This document shows positions 21,924-31,400 of a DNA stretch of 64,000 nt, in pieces (the first letter of the stretch is position 1; each line of letters opens with the position of its first letter). Source of the stretch: Thermoanaerobaculia bacterium. Lineage in GTDB: Bacteria; Acidobacteriota; Thermoanaerobaculia; UBA5066. Under the pieces are notes generated by a model. The model was given only the letters and a program-made list of their open reading frames with translations. It did no database searches and was not told the origin of the DNA. Location of the stretch: the NCBI GenBank assembly GCA_963746875.1, contig CAVVDA010000006.1:65111-129110 (forward strand), written 5' to 3'. Made by a program: the position numbers and the translations under genes.

Positions 21924-23060
21924 GTGAACAGCATGGTCAGATCGCGATGGTGCGACGTTCTCGGGCCCGTTCTCGTGTCGCTCTCCTGCGCCGCGTCTTC
22001 GGCGCTCGGCCAGGGGGCCGGCTCCGTGATCGAAGTTCACGGGTTCGGGGACTGGGCGTACGGGAGAACTGACTACAATACATATCTCGCGGGGCTCCCC
22101 GAAGGGAACTACAGGCAGGTGAACCTCGCGCTGAACGTGACCGCCAGCGTCGGCGATCGCCTGAGGATTGTGGGCCAGGCGGAGTGGCGCGAGTCCGAGC
22201 ACGGCAGTCGTACGCTGCTCGACTACGCATTCGCAGAATGGAGGTTCTCCGACGTATTCCTGCTTCGAGCCGGCCAGGTCAAGCAGCCGTTCGGCATCTC
22301 AAACGAGGTATCCACCGTCGGGACGCTCCGCCCCTTCTTCGAGCTGCCGCAGGCGATCTATGGGCCGGTCGGCCTGATCGGGCTGGCGTACAGGGGCCTG
22401 GGCGTCACCGGCTCGCGTGACCTGGGAAGGGGATGGAGCCTCTCTTATGACGCCTATTTCGGCAGTACCGTGATCGAGGACTTCGAGCCGCCCGAGGATC
22501 TGCTCCGAGGCAAGCCGGTCGGGGAGGCGTCGGCCATCGAGATCGAAGCGACCCGGGATGCCTACGGCGGGCGCATCGCCCTCAGCACGCCCCTCAGCGG
22601 CCTCAGGGTCGGGTTTTCCGGCTGCCAGGGAAAGCAGATCGACTCCAACCGGCGATGGGTGCTGGGCGCCGATGCCGAGTACCTCACGGACGCCTGGTCG
22701 ATTCGAACGGAATACGGCCAGGAGAGAGTCGTCGAAAGGGAGATCGAGAGGGCCTTCTACTTCGAGGTCGCCTACCGAATAGACCGGAACTGGCAGGTGG
22801 CGGCACAGTACGGTCGGTTTTCCGAGGGTCTTTCCGGGTTCGATGTCTCCAGGGCGCCGTCCCTGCTGGACCACAAGGAGCTCGCGATCGGGCTTAACTA
22901 CTGGTTCAGCCCGGCTCTCGTCTTCAAGCTCGCCTATCACCACGTCGAAGGGAACCGCCTGGCGTCGCCCGAACCGGAGGACCTCACCGAGACCGTCGCC
23001 AAGGGCCAGCTTCGGACGCGGACGAACCTCGTCCAGTTCGGCGCCCAGTTCAGCTTCTAG
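21924..23060 (+). CDS. outer-membrane beta-barrel porin (phosphate-selective OprO/P-like family)
   Basis: Signal peptide (VLVSLSCAASSALGQGA), alternating beta-strand pattern, C-terminal LVQFGAQFSF ending in Phe. Confidence 0.65.
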   Translation: MNSMVRSRWCDVLGPVLVSLSCAASSALGQGAGSVIEVHGFGDWAYGRTDYNTYLAGLPEGNYRQVNLALNVTASVGDRLRIVGQAEWRESEHGSRTLLDYAFAEWRFSDVFLLRAGQVKQPFGISNEVSTVGTLRPFFELPQAIYGPVGLIGLAYRGLGVTGSRDLGRGWSLSYDAYFGSTVIEDFEPPEDLLRGKPVGEASAIEIEATRDAYGGRIALSTPLSGLRVGFSGCQGKQIDSNRRWVLGADAEYLTDAWSIRTEYGQERVVEREIERAFYFEVAYRIDRNWQVAAQYGRFSEGLSGFDVSRAPSLLDHKELAIGLNYWFSPALVFKLAYHHVEGNRLASPEPEDLTETVAKGQLRTRTNLVQFGAQFSF

Positions 23061-23064
23061 GGCC

Positions 23065-23508
23065 GTGAAGCGATCCGTTGCTCCTCTCGCGCTCCTTTCC
23101 CTCCTGTTCTTCGTCTCCGCCGCCGGCCGAGCCGCGGAGCAGCAAGCCGGCTTCTCGGTCATCGTCCATCCCACGAACAGCGCGACGGCATTGACCCGGG
23201 ACGAGGTTTCCCGCTTTTTTCTCAAGAAAGCCACGACGTGGAAAGACGGACGCCCAGTCGCCCCTGTCGATCTCGGCGTGGACTCTCCCGTACGTCGGAA
23301 CTTCTCTCGCGCCACCCACCGCAGGGATGTGCCCGCGATTAGGAGCTACTGGCAGCAGCAGATCTTCTCCGGGCGCGCGGTTCCCCCGCGTCAGATGGAT
23401 TCCGAGGAAGAGGTCGTCCGCTTCGTCGCCGCCTTCCCGGGAGCCATCGGCTACGTTTCGACCGGCACGCCTCTCAGGGACGTCAAGACCCTGAAAATTG
23501 GTGACTGA
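23065..23508 (+). CDS. small periplasmic substrate-binding-like protein (PstS/PBP-like-2 fragment-sized)
   Basis: GTG 23065 lies 5 nt after the porin stop. Signal peptide (VAPLALLSLLFFVSAAGRA), then VIVHPTNSATALTRDEVSRFFLKKATTWKDG and PGAIGYVS, typical of short PstS-like proteins. Confidence 0.55.
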   Translation: MKRSVAPLALLSLLFFVSAAGRAAEQQAGFSVIVHPTNSATALTRDEVSRFFLKKATTWKDGRPVAPVDLGVDSPVRRNFSRATHRRDVPAIRSYWQQQIFSGRAVPPRQMDSEEEVVRFVAAFPGAIGYVSTGTPLRDVKTLKIGD

Positions 23509-23517
23509 CGATGGCCT

Positions 23518-23546
23518 CTCCCCGGGACGGCTACCGGTCCGGGGAG
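23518..23546. terminator. GC-rich hairpin between convergent genes (possible bidirectional terminator)
   Basis: CTCCCCGG (23518..23525) pairs with CCGGGGAG (23539..23546) around a 13-nt loop. It abuts the regulator stop at 23547. There is no clear U-tract. Confidence 0.3.
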
Positions 23547-24194
23547 TCAGTTCGTCAGCTTGCGATCGGCGGCCCAGCGGACCAGTTCGGCGCGGCTCGA
23601 AAGGCCGAGCTTCCCCAGGATGTTCGCGCGGTGGCTCTCGACGGTGCGGATCGAGAGGTCCAGCTCGTCGGCGATCTGGCGATTCGTGTAGCCGCGCGTG
23701 AGGAGCTTCAGGACGCCGGTCTCGCGCTGCGTGAGGGATTCGTCGTCGCCCTTGCGGGGCTTGGGCGGCGCGGAGCACCTGTTCGCTTCGAGAAGCGCCC
23801 GGGTCATGGAGGAGTGGACGTAGAGCTCGCCGCGGCTCGCGGCCTCGATGGCCGCGAGGAGGTCCGACTCCACCGCGCGCTTCACGACGTAGCCCACGGC
23901 GCCGGCCTTCATCGCCTCGCGGAGGAACGCGGCGTCCTCGTGGACGGTCAGGATGAGGACCTTGGTCGCGGGGAGGTCCGCGTGCAGCTTGCGGGTCACC
24001 TCGATGCCCCCGATGCCCGGCATGGAAAGATCCATGAGCACGATGTCGGGCTTCAGCGCGACCGCGGCGCGATACGCCTCGTCGCTGTCCGCGGCCTCGC
24101 CGACGACCTGATAGTTCGACTCGTCGTTCAGGAGCGCGCGGAGGCCGGCGCGCAGGACGCCGTGATCGTCGGCCACCAGAATTCTAAGCCCCAC
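23547..24194 (-). CDS. NarL/FixJ-family response regulator (REC + LuxR HTH)
   Basis: Intact 215-aa ORF with ILVADDH, DIVLMDLSMPGIGG, and the HTH LTQRETGVLKLLTRGYTNRQIADELDLSIRTVESHRANILGKLG. Confidence 0.9.
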   Translation of the reverse strand: MGLRILVADDHGVLRAGLRALLNDESNYQVVGEAADSDEAYRAAVALKPDIVLMDLSMPGIGGIEVTRKLHADLPATKVLILTVHEDAAFLREAMKAGAVGYVVKRAVESDLLAAIEAASRGELYVHSSMTRALLEANRCSAPPKPRKGDDESLTQRETGVLKLLTRGYTNRQIADELDLSIRTVESHRANILGKLGLSSRAELVRWAADRKLTN

Positions 24195-26107
24195 TGGGAA
24201 CCTCCACGACGAGCGTCGTCCCCGACCCGGGGCTGCTTTCCACGAGGAGGTGGCCGCCGAACATCTCGGCGCGCTCGCGAATCCCGAGGAGGCCGAGCCG
24301 CCCCGACCGGTTCGCGACCTCGACGTCGAAGCCGCGGCCGTCGTCCTCGACGACCAGGATGATCTGCCCGTTCCGCCTTTCCGCGACGAGGCTCACGTTC
24401 TTCGCGTCGGCGTGCCGGGTGGCGTTCGTCAGAGCCTCCTGGGCGATCCGGTAAAGGGCGGTCTCGAGGTCGAAGGACAGGCGCCTCCCTTCGAGACCGA
24501 GCGTCTCGAGCTGGACCGACGGTCCCCCGCTCACGGAGTGCTTCGAGGCGAGCTGGCCGAGAGCCGGGACGAGCCCGAGATGCTCGAGAGCGGCCGGCCG
24601 GAGGTCGGTGGCGAGGCGGTGCAGGCCCTCCTGCACCGCGTCCGCGAGGTGCTTCAGCTCCTTGATACGGAGGACGACGGCCTCGGGCCGTCCGGCCTCG
24701 TTTTCCAGCAGGCGCAGGCCGACCAGCAGGGACGTGAGGAGCTGCCCGGCCTCGTCGTGGAGCTCCAGCGCGACCCGCCGGCGTTCGCCCTCCTGCACGT
24801 CCACGAGCTGGCGCGAGAGAACCTGCAGCCGATGGCGACTGGCGCTCGCGTCCTCGAAGAGGCCCGCGTTCGCGATCGCCACCGAGGCGGGCGAGTAGAG
24901 CGCCTCGACGAGACTGACCTGCTCGGGCGTGTAGAAGTTCGGTTCCGCCTTGACGAGCGTGTACAGGCCGATCGCCTGGCCGCCGGCGAGAAGCGGAACG
25001 CCGACCCAGCTCCGCTCGAACTCGGGTCGAATCTGACCGCCCCACACGGGAAGCGCGTGTGTGTCGGCCACGCAGACGCTCCGCTTCGTGAGGAGCACCT
25101 CGTTCACGGCGCTGTTGGCCGCGGAATCGAAGGTGATGAAGGGCAGGTCGGCGAAGTCGACTCTTCCGGTCGGGCTGAAGACCGCCCGCACCTTCAGGCG
25201 CGACGGGCCCTCGAGGAGCATGATCTTGGCCCGGTCGTACGGCACGAGACGGCCGAGATGGTCGAGCATCGCCGCGAAGACGTCCTCGATGTCGAGCGAG
25301 CGGGTGATCGCGAGGCTCGCGGAGCGCAGGGTGTCGGCCGTCTGCCGGGCTCGCTGCTCGGCCTGGAAAAGGGAGGCGTTGTTCACGGCGATGCCCACCT
25401 GCCGGCCGATGGCGCGAAGCAGCGCGGCCGTGGATGCGTCGAGGGGCCGCGGGGTTCGCCAGACGACGTTCAGGATGGCCCCGGCTCGGTCGCCGATGGG
25501 AAGGAGGACGCTCAGGTGCTGCCGGAACCCCGCCTTCTGAAGGGCGTCGCCCGGCACGCTGAGGCACTCCGCGATCTCCGCACCCGCGGCGGACGGAGGC
25601 TTGGCGCACCAGCCGCGGCAGGTGCCGCAGGAGGGCCGGAGCGCCGGCTCTTCGGCATTCACGAGGGACTCCGGAACGCCGCGCGCGGCAATGAAGCGCG
25701 ACGGCCCCGCCGGTCCCCCTCCGAGCACCTGGACCCAGACGGCGTCGCCCTCGAAGACGGGGATGACGACGTCGATCACGTTGAGGAGAAGGCGATCCAC
25801 GTCCAGCTCGCTCGCGGCCGCCGCCGTGACCGCGTAAAGCGCCTCCAGCTCGCGCGTGCGCCGCGTCAGCGTCCGCTCGACCTGCTGGCGATCCGCGCAT
25901 GAGCCGCATCAGCGGGCGGACGATCAGCACCCAGAGAACGGGAGAGACGAGGGCCACCATCAGCGCGATGTCGAGGAGCGTGGCCGACCAGAAAGGGCGC
26001 GGCTTCAGGATCTCGAGGATCGCCATGACGATCAACTCGGCCACGACGATCACCGCGATGGTCACCAGCATCGTCCGGAGCCGCGTGGCCGGTTTCTCGC
26101 TCGCCAA
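24184..26107 (-). pseudogene. membrane GAF-GAF sensor histidine kinase (HisKA_3/NarX type); one +1 switch near 25883
   Basis: ORF 24184..25800 holds two GAF-like regions, the H-box ELHDEAGQLLTSL, and an HATPase domain (LVVEDDGRGF, GLLGIRERAEMFGG). The two-TM N-terminus (MASEKPATRLRTMLVTIAVIVVAELIV...) is in the adjacent frame from ATG 26107. There is an 11-nt overlap with the regulator. Confidence 0.85.
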
Positions 26108-26255
26108 GGCCCCAGGCTGGGACGCCCATGCTCTCCGGGCTCCCCGTCAAAGACGTCGTGACGCGCTGCGGAATCTCCCGCGCCCAACCCCACATTATAG
26201 ATCGGGACCGGCGCGCTCCCGGTGTCCAAATCCACGTCTTTGGGCGTCATCGCAT

Positions 26256-28268
26256 TCACGGGGCGGCCCACACGAAAGCGCCGTCGCCGGTGCGCTGGCC
26301 GGGTGTGGCGCCGTCGTTCAGGACGCCGTAAACGAGGAACGGGCTCGTGCCCGAGGTCCTCACGACGTGCGCATAGCCCTCCGTCACGCCCGGCGCGCTC
26401 GTGGACAGGATGGCGTTGTACTGCGTCCATGCCCGGGCCCCGAGGGAAACTCCGGAGAGCCTCGCCGCGAGCGCACCCGTCGCGCCGTCGTACAGCTCGA
26501 TGTCGAACACGTCCGGCGGGTCACCCGGCTGGCCGAGGTTCGCGAGGGCGAGGTTCGTCCGGGTTTCGGCGTTCTGCTGGAGGCCGAAGAGCCAGAGAGC
26601 GCCGGCGGTCTGCCGCTCCACGACCTGCGCCGTGAAGAAGAGGCCGAACTTCCCGCCGCCTCCCGGAGTCGAGACGCGCGCCCCGAGGACGACGCCCCCG
26701 AGATCGCCGCCGGTCTCCCGGGCGAAGAGATTCCCGGCGAACGTCGGGCCGGCCGGGCCGATTCCCGGCGTTCCCTGCCGGCGCATCCGGTCGACGAAGC
26801 CGGGCAGGATCTGCTGCTCTCCCGGGCCCAGGACGAGCGTCGTGACGGCCGCATGGTCCGGCGTCCCGATCGCGTCCGCGACGTACGTGAGCTGCAGCGT
26901 CTTCGGGGAGGCCGACCAGTTCGTCGCCACGAGCTCGGTCGTGAACGCCGGGGTCTCGACGAGCGCGGGAAGGGCGAGGAGGAGCTGGGTGGCGCCCGTG
27001 CTCGAAGGGACCGCGGGAACGTAGGAGCCGTCGGAGTTCGCCTGGTCGTTGATCACGGCGTAGGCGGCGTAGGGCGCGCTGCCGCTCACCCTCTCGACCC
27101 GGACGTACCCGTTCGCGAGCGAGAGGCCGTTCGAGGCGAGGATGCCGTTGATCTGTGTCCAGCCGCCCGGCGAGAGCGTCACGTCGGGAAGGGTCGTGGC
27201 CGAGGGCGCCGCGGGGTCGCCCGAATAGACCGTGAGCCGGAGCGCCACGTCGCCCGCCGACGCGCTTCCCGCGTTCTGGAGCGCGACGTTCGAGCGGTCC
27301 TGCCCGTTCTGCCTCAGGCCGAAAAGGTACGACGTTCCGGTCAGAGTCGCCGCGGGTGGCAACCCGGAGTAGGCGAGCCCGGCCCGGCCGGTCGGCAGGG
27401 CCGTGGTCGTCCGCGCCGTGAGGCCGATCTCGTGGAGCGGCACGCCCGAGACGAGGACGCGCAGCGTGCCGCCGCGGTCCCCGGAGCTTGGAATCGGGAT
27501 TCCGAGGGAAATCAGGTAGGCGATGGCGTCCGGGACGACGCGCTGCCGCCCCGCGGGGACGAGGTCCGTTCCGACTCCGCCGCCGCCGCCGAAGGCCCCG
27601 GCGTACTCGAAGGTGAGCGTCGCGTCCGACGCCCCCCGGTTCGTCAGCGTCAGCTCCGTCGTGAAGAAAGAGCCGCTTGCTCCGGCGCTGGTCAGGACGA
27701 TCGGCACGAAGAGCGACTCCTCGAGAAGCGCGACGGTCAGGTTGTCGGCCATGAACAGCGCCGAGGATTCCTGGCAGCCCGGGGGGGTGTCGTAATGGAT
27801 CACGACGGAGTTGAAGCCCTGCGCCGCGCCGAGAGTCAGGAGTCCGGTCGGCCAGGTCCCGGGGACGGGAGCGGTCGCGGTGCTCGTCGCCACGAATGCG
27901 CCGTCCATGAACCCGGTGATCCGCATGGTCGCCGACCTGTTGCAGTCGACTTCATCGGGCGCATACATGATCGAGGCGGCCGACAGGGTCCGGGAGAAGC
28001 TGACCGAAAGGTCGGCCGGGGGGGCCCCCAGGTTCGGGTAGAGACACAGGCCGGAGAAGCCGACCGGCGTGAAGCCCAGCACGTCGGCGAGCTGGATCGA
28101 GTAGCTCTGTCCGGGGGCCGTGAACCGCGCCGTGACGCCGCCGGCCGTGAGATCGAGCGGGAGCTGAGCCCTGTACGGCGCGGTGTCGAAGTCGAAGGTC
28201 ACGCTCTGGGCGGACGCCGGACGCGCCATGAGGGTCAAGCCGACGAGGATCAGCAGAATTCGCTTCAT
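26256..28268 (-). CDS. secreted protein of unknown function with two homologous ~240-aa modules
   Basis: ATG 28268 follows AAGGAGG. Signal peptide MKRILLILVGLTLMARPASAQ. The ORF is intact. Internal duplication: FFTTELTLTN ... YLFGLRQNGQDRSNVALQNAG ... GYVRVERVSGSAPYAAYAVINDQANSDGSYV versus AFTTELVATN ... LWLFGLQQNAETRTNLALANLG ... GYAHVVRTSGTSPFLVYGVLNDGATP. Confidence 0.7.
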   Translation of the reverse strand: MKRILLILVGLTLMARPASAQSVTFDFDTAPYRAQLPLDLTAGGVTARFTAPGQSYSIQLADVLGFTPVGFSGLCLYPNLGAPPADLSVSFSRTLSAASIMYAPDEVDCNRSATMRITGFMDGAFVATSTATAPVPGTWPTGLLTLGAAQGFNSVVIHYDTPPGCQESSALFMADNLTVALLEESLFVPIVLTSAGASGSFFTTELTLTNRGASDATLTFEYAGAFGGGGGVGTDLVPAGRQRVVPDAIAYLISLGIPIPSSGDRGGTLRVLVSGVPLHEIGLTARTTTALPTGRAGLAYSGLPPAATLTGTSYLFGLRQNGQDRSNVALQNAGSASAGDVALRLTVYSGDPAAPSATTLPDVTLSPGGWTQINGILASNGLSLANGYVRVERVSGSAPYAAYAVINDQANSDGSYVPAVPSSTGATQLLLALPALVETPAFTTELVATNWSASPKTLQLTYVADAIGTPDHAAVTTLVLGPGEQQILPGFVDRMRRQGTPGIGPAGPTFAGNLFARETGGDLGGVVLGARVSTPGGGGKFGLFFTAQVVERQTAGALWLFGLQQNAETRTNLALANLGQPGDPPDVFDIELYDGATGALAARLSGVSLGARAWTQYNAILSTSAPGVTEGYAHVVRTSGTSPFLVYGVLNDGATPGQRTGDGAFVWAAP

Positions 28269-28340
28269 GAGCGGCCTCCTTGGTTTCTTCGTCCGGCGGC
28301 CTCGCGCCGGACCGGCCCTTAGAAGCACGATTGCTGCCCT

Positions 28341-28375
28341 GGATCGAGAGGAAAAGAAAGGGATCGAGAGGAAAA
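28341..28375. repeat. tandem direct repeat GGATCGAGAGGAAAA x2 (20-bp period) in the leader of the secreted-protein gene
   Basis: 28341..28355 and 28361..28375 are identical 15-mers. On the minus strand they read TTTTCCTCTCGATCC, about 75-105 nt upstream of ATG 28268. Confidence 0.8.
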
Positions 28376-28403
28376 AAAGGGGGGAGGGATTGCTCCCTCC
28401 CCC
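28372..28403 (-). terminator. rho-independent terminator downstream of the large multicopper oxidase
   Basis: Perfect 10-bp stem GGGGGAGGGA (28380..28389) / TCCCTCCCCC (28394..28403) with loop TTGC. On the minus strand it is followed by T7 (28372..28378) and lies 27 nt after the stop at 28430. Confidence 0.8.
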
Positions 28404-28429
28404 AGATCAATACATGTCGTGTCAGTGCC

Positions 28430-31400
28430 TTACGGTACCGTCACCGGGGTCGGAGCCCCGAAGTTGACGTACGCGGAGGGCCCTGCTGCGTTGAAGGACT
28501 GCACGCGGAAGTAGTACGGAACGCCGCGCAGCAGGCCGAGCGTGCCGCCGGGTGTCGTGAACACCGTCACGTTGGCGCCGACAGTGCCCGTGCCCACGCC
28601 GCTCGTGAATGCCGCGTTCCTGTGCCCACTGGACCCTGAATCCGGTCTCGCGTGGTGCTGTTGTCGGTCCACCTGACTGTGAAGATGGCTCTCGTCGCGG
28701 AGAGAACAGCGCCCGTCACGGTGACAGCGCTGGGCGCCGCGGGCACCACGTTGGTGTTGACCAGGGCGGTATTCGAGAATCCGGACGTGGTGGTCTTCGT
28801 GGGGAAGCCCGTAGAAGCCGGGTAGACCTGCGTGTCGCCGACCACGTTCGAGGCGAATACCCTGAAGTAGAACGACGCCGATCGTGTTGCCGATGATGTT
28901 GCTGTAAAGTCGTGACGTTCGGCAGCGACGGTGAAGGTCTGAAGGCCGGTCAGGAAGGCGGCGTCATTCGCCCTCTGGATGGTGAAGCCCGTCTCGTTCA
29001 GGGAGTTGTCCGTCCAGTTCAGGACGATTGCCCTGCCCGAGCCGCTTCCGGTCACGACCGCGCTGAGCCCGGTAGGAGCGTTCGGCGGCGATCGCGAACG
29101 CCGAGCGAGTGCATCATGTCCATCTCTTCGTGGGCGAGGATGTGGCAGTGCCACACGTACTCCCATCCGAAGTTGACGTCGTGGTTCAGGATCTGATTGA
29201 TCGCGATTCCCTGCGGGTCGAGCCAGCCGGCGGGCGGCGGCGGGATCAGCGGGGCGTTGAGAGGCAGCGTCGGGTCGATCAGGCGGACGCTGTTGGGCAC
29301 CTGCGAAGGGGAGCTGCGCCGGGGTGGGAATGATCGGTTTCATCGCGAGGAAAGTGATCTCGAGCGGGTTGATCCTGAACGTGTCCTTCCAGCCCAGCTC
29401 GTTGGCGTCCGGCGGCAGCATGATGCCGTCCTGGCCGACGCGGTTGAGGAGCTGAGCGTTGAACAGGTGGACGTGAATCGGGTGCGTGTCCACGCCGTTG
29501 TGGAAGATCCTCCAGATCTGGGTGCCGTCGCCGAGCGACCCGACGATGGATCCGGACACCGAGCCGGAGATGATGTCGGTGGGCGGGGCTGCATAGCCGT
29601 ACATGGTGAGCAAGCGCGGCTCCGGGCGTCGGGTTGGAGAGCCCGATCATGCCGCTCATGCGGCCGAACTGCGTGTCGTACACGCCGCCCATCTCGTCAT
29701 GGATGCCCTTCGTCTGGAGCGGGATGGTGACAGCAGGCTGCAGAACGCCGGCGCCGTTGATGGGCTGGAAGGTCTTCTGCGTGTCGGCGATCTGCACATA
29801 CTGGGTCGCCGGAGCCGTCGGGAAGATTGTTTCTGTACGCGGAGTTGTAGGCGGCCTGCGGAACGATGATCGGGTCCTGCGTGGCCTCGAAGACGCCGCG
29901 CTTGACGCCGGGGCCCTTGGCGAACACCGCGTTGAGGTTCGCGAGGGTGACGCCGGCAGTCAGCGGCGCCGACGCGGCGATCACCCTGATCTGCATGACC
30001 GTGCGGGTGTTGGGGCCGTAGCCGGGCAGCGTGTCGGGCGCGCCGCCGATGTCGATCTGGCTGCCGTCGCCCGTGTAGTAGTCGTAGACGCTGACGCCCG
30101 CCGGGAACGCCGCGGGAGCGTCGTTGTAGAGGATGAGCGTCTTGCCGGCGAAGGCCGGTGAAGTCGACGATCACGTCGGCCCGCTCGGCCGGTCCGAGGA
30201 GGAGCGAGTGCTGGTTGACGTTGCCGAAGTTGAAGGTCGTCGCGTTGAGGTTCCAGCCGATGGGCTGCTGGGGCACCACGACGGGGGCCGGCAGGAAGCC
30301 GCCCTCGGTGCCGATCTGGATCCAGGCCGGTCCGGCCTTCGCGGCATCGGGGATGCCGCTCGGCGTGAGGGCGTTCTGGTTCGCCGGGTTCACGGTGACC
30401 GGGACCATCGCGACTTCCGTGCAGTTGGCGACAGGTGCGGGTCGACGCAGGGAACGGCCGGCGAAGCCCGATGGGAGCGCCGTGACGCGGCCGTCGTCGG
30501 GGAAGTCTTGTCCGCGGCCACGTAGAGCTGCAGGTTCAAGAACCGGTCATTGGCCGCGTTCAGGACGCGGAACCGGTAGGCCTTGGGCTCGACTTCCATG
30601 TACGGGTAAGCCGTGCCGTTGACGATCGGCGTGTCCATGAAGGCCTCGCCCGGCATGGAGGGGTTCGGGGTGCCCGGCATGAGCGGCGGCTCCCAGGGGG
30701 CGGAGCAGGGGAAGTTGACCGGATCCGGGGGGAACACGTCGCAATTGGGTTCGTGGAAGGGGTTCGGGACCGGCCCGACGTCGATGCACCCCGCCGGGAG
30801 CCCGTTGACGCACGTCGGGGTCGGCGCCACGAACCACGGGCCGTAGTGCCAGCGGCCGAAGGCGTTCGCGCCGGCGAGATCCCACGGATTCTGGGCCGAC
30901 ATGTAGACGTGGGGGTACCAGAGGTCGCCCGCGACGGCGGCCGTCAGTTTTCCGGCGGCATCCCTTGGGCCCGTTCCCCAGTTCCACGTGGGGTCCTGGG
31001 CGAAGATCACGTTCGGGTCCACCCAGGTCTTGTCCTGGATGACGAGGGGAATCCCGATGCCGGGGAGGACCTGGAGCAGGCCGGGGTTCACGCCGGAGAC
31101 GTTCGTTCCGGCGATCATGTCCTGCTCGACCTGGTCGGTGATCACGTAGCCGGCGGCCTCGCCGGCGAAGACGTTGAGGCGCGTGATTCCCATCGCATGG
31201 TCGTGGTAGAACATCAGGCGGGCGCTCTGGGCGTTCGTGTAGTAGAACGTCGCGGCGCCGTCGGGCGGGATCCGGCATGTCGGGCACGTTCCGCGCGCTC
31301 ACGCCCTTCGGGTACGCATGGGCGGAAGCCGGCGCGGGGGTGATCCACTGGTGGGTCGTGCCGTCGCTGATCCACACGGTGTTGTTGCCGTGGAGGTGGA

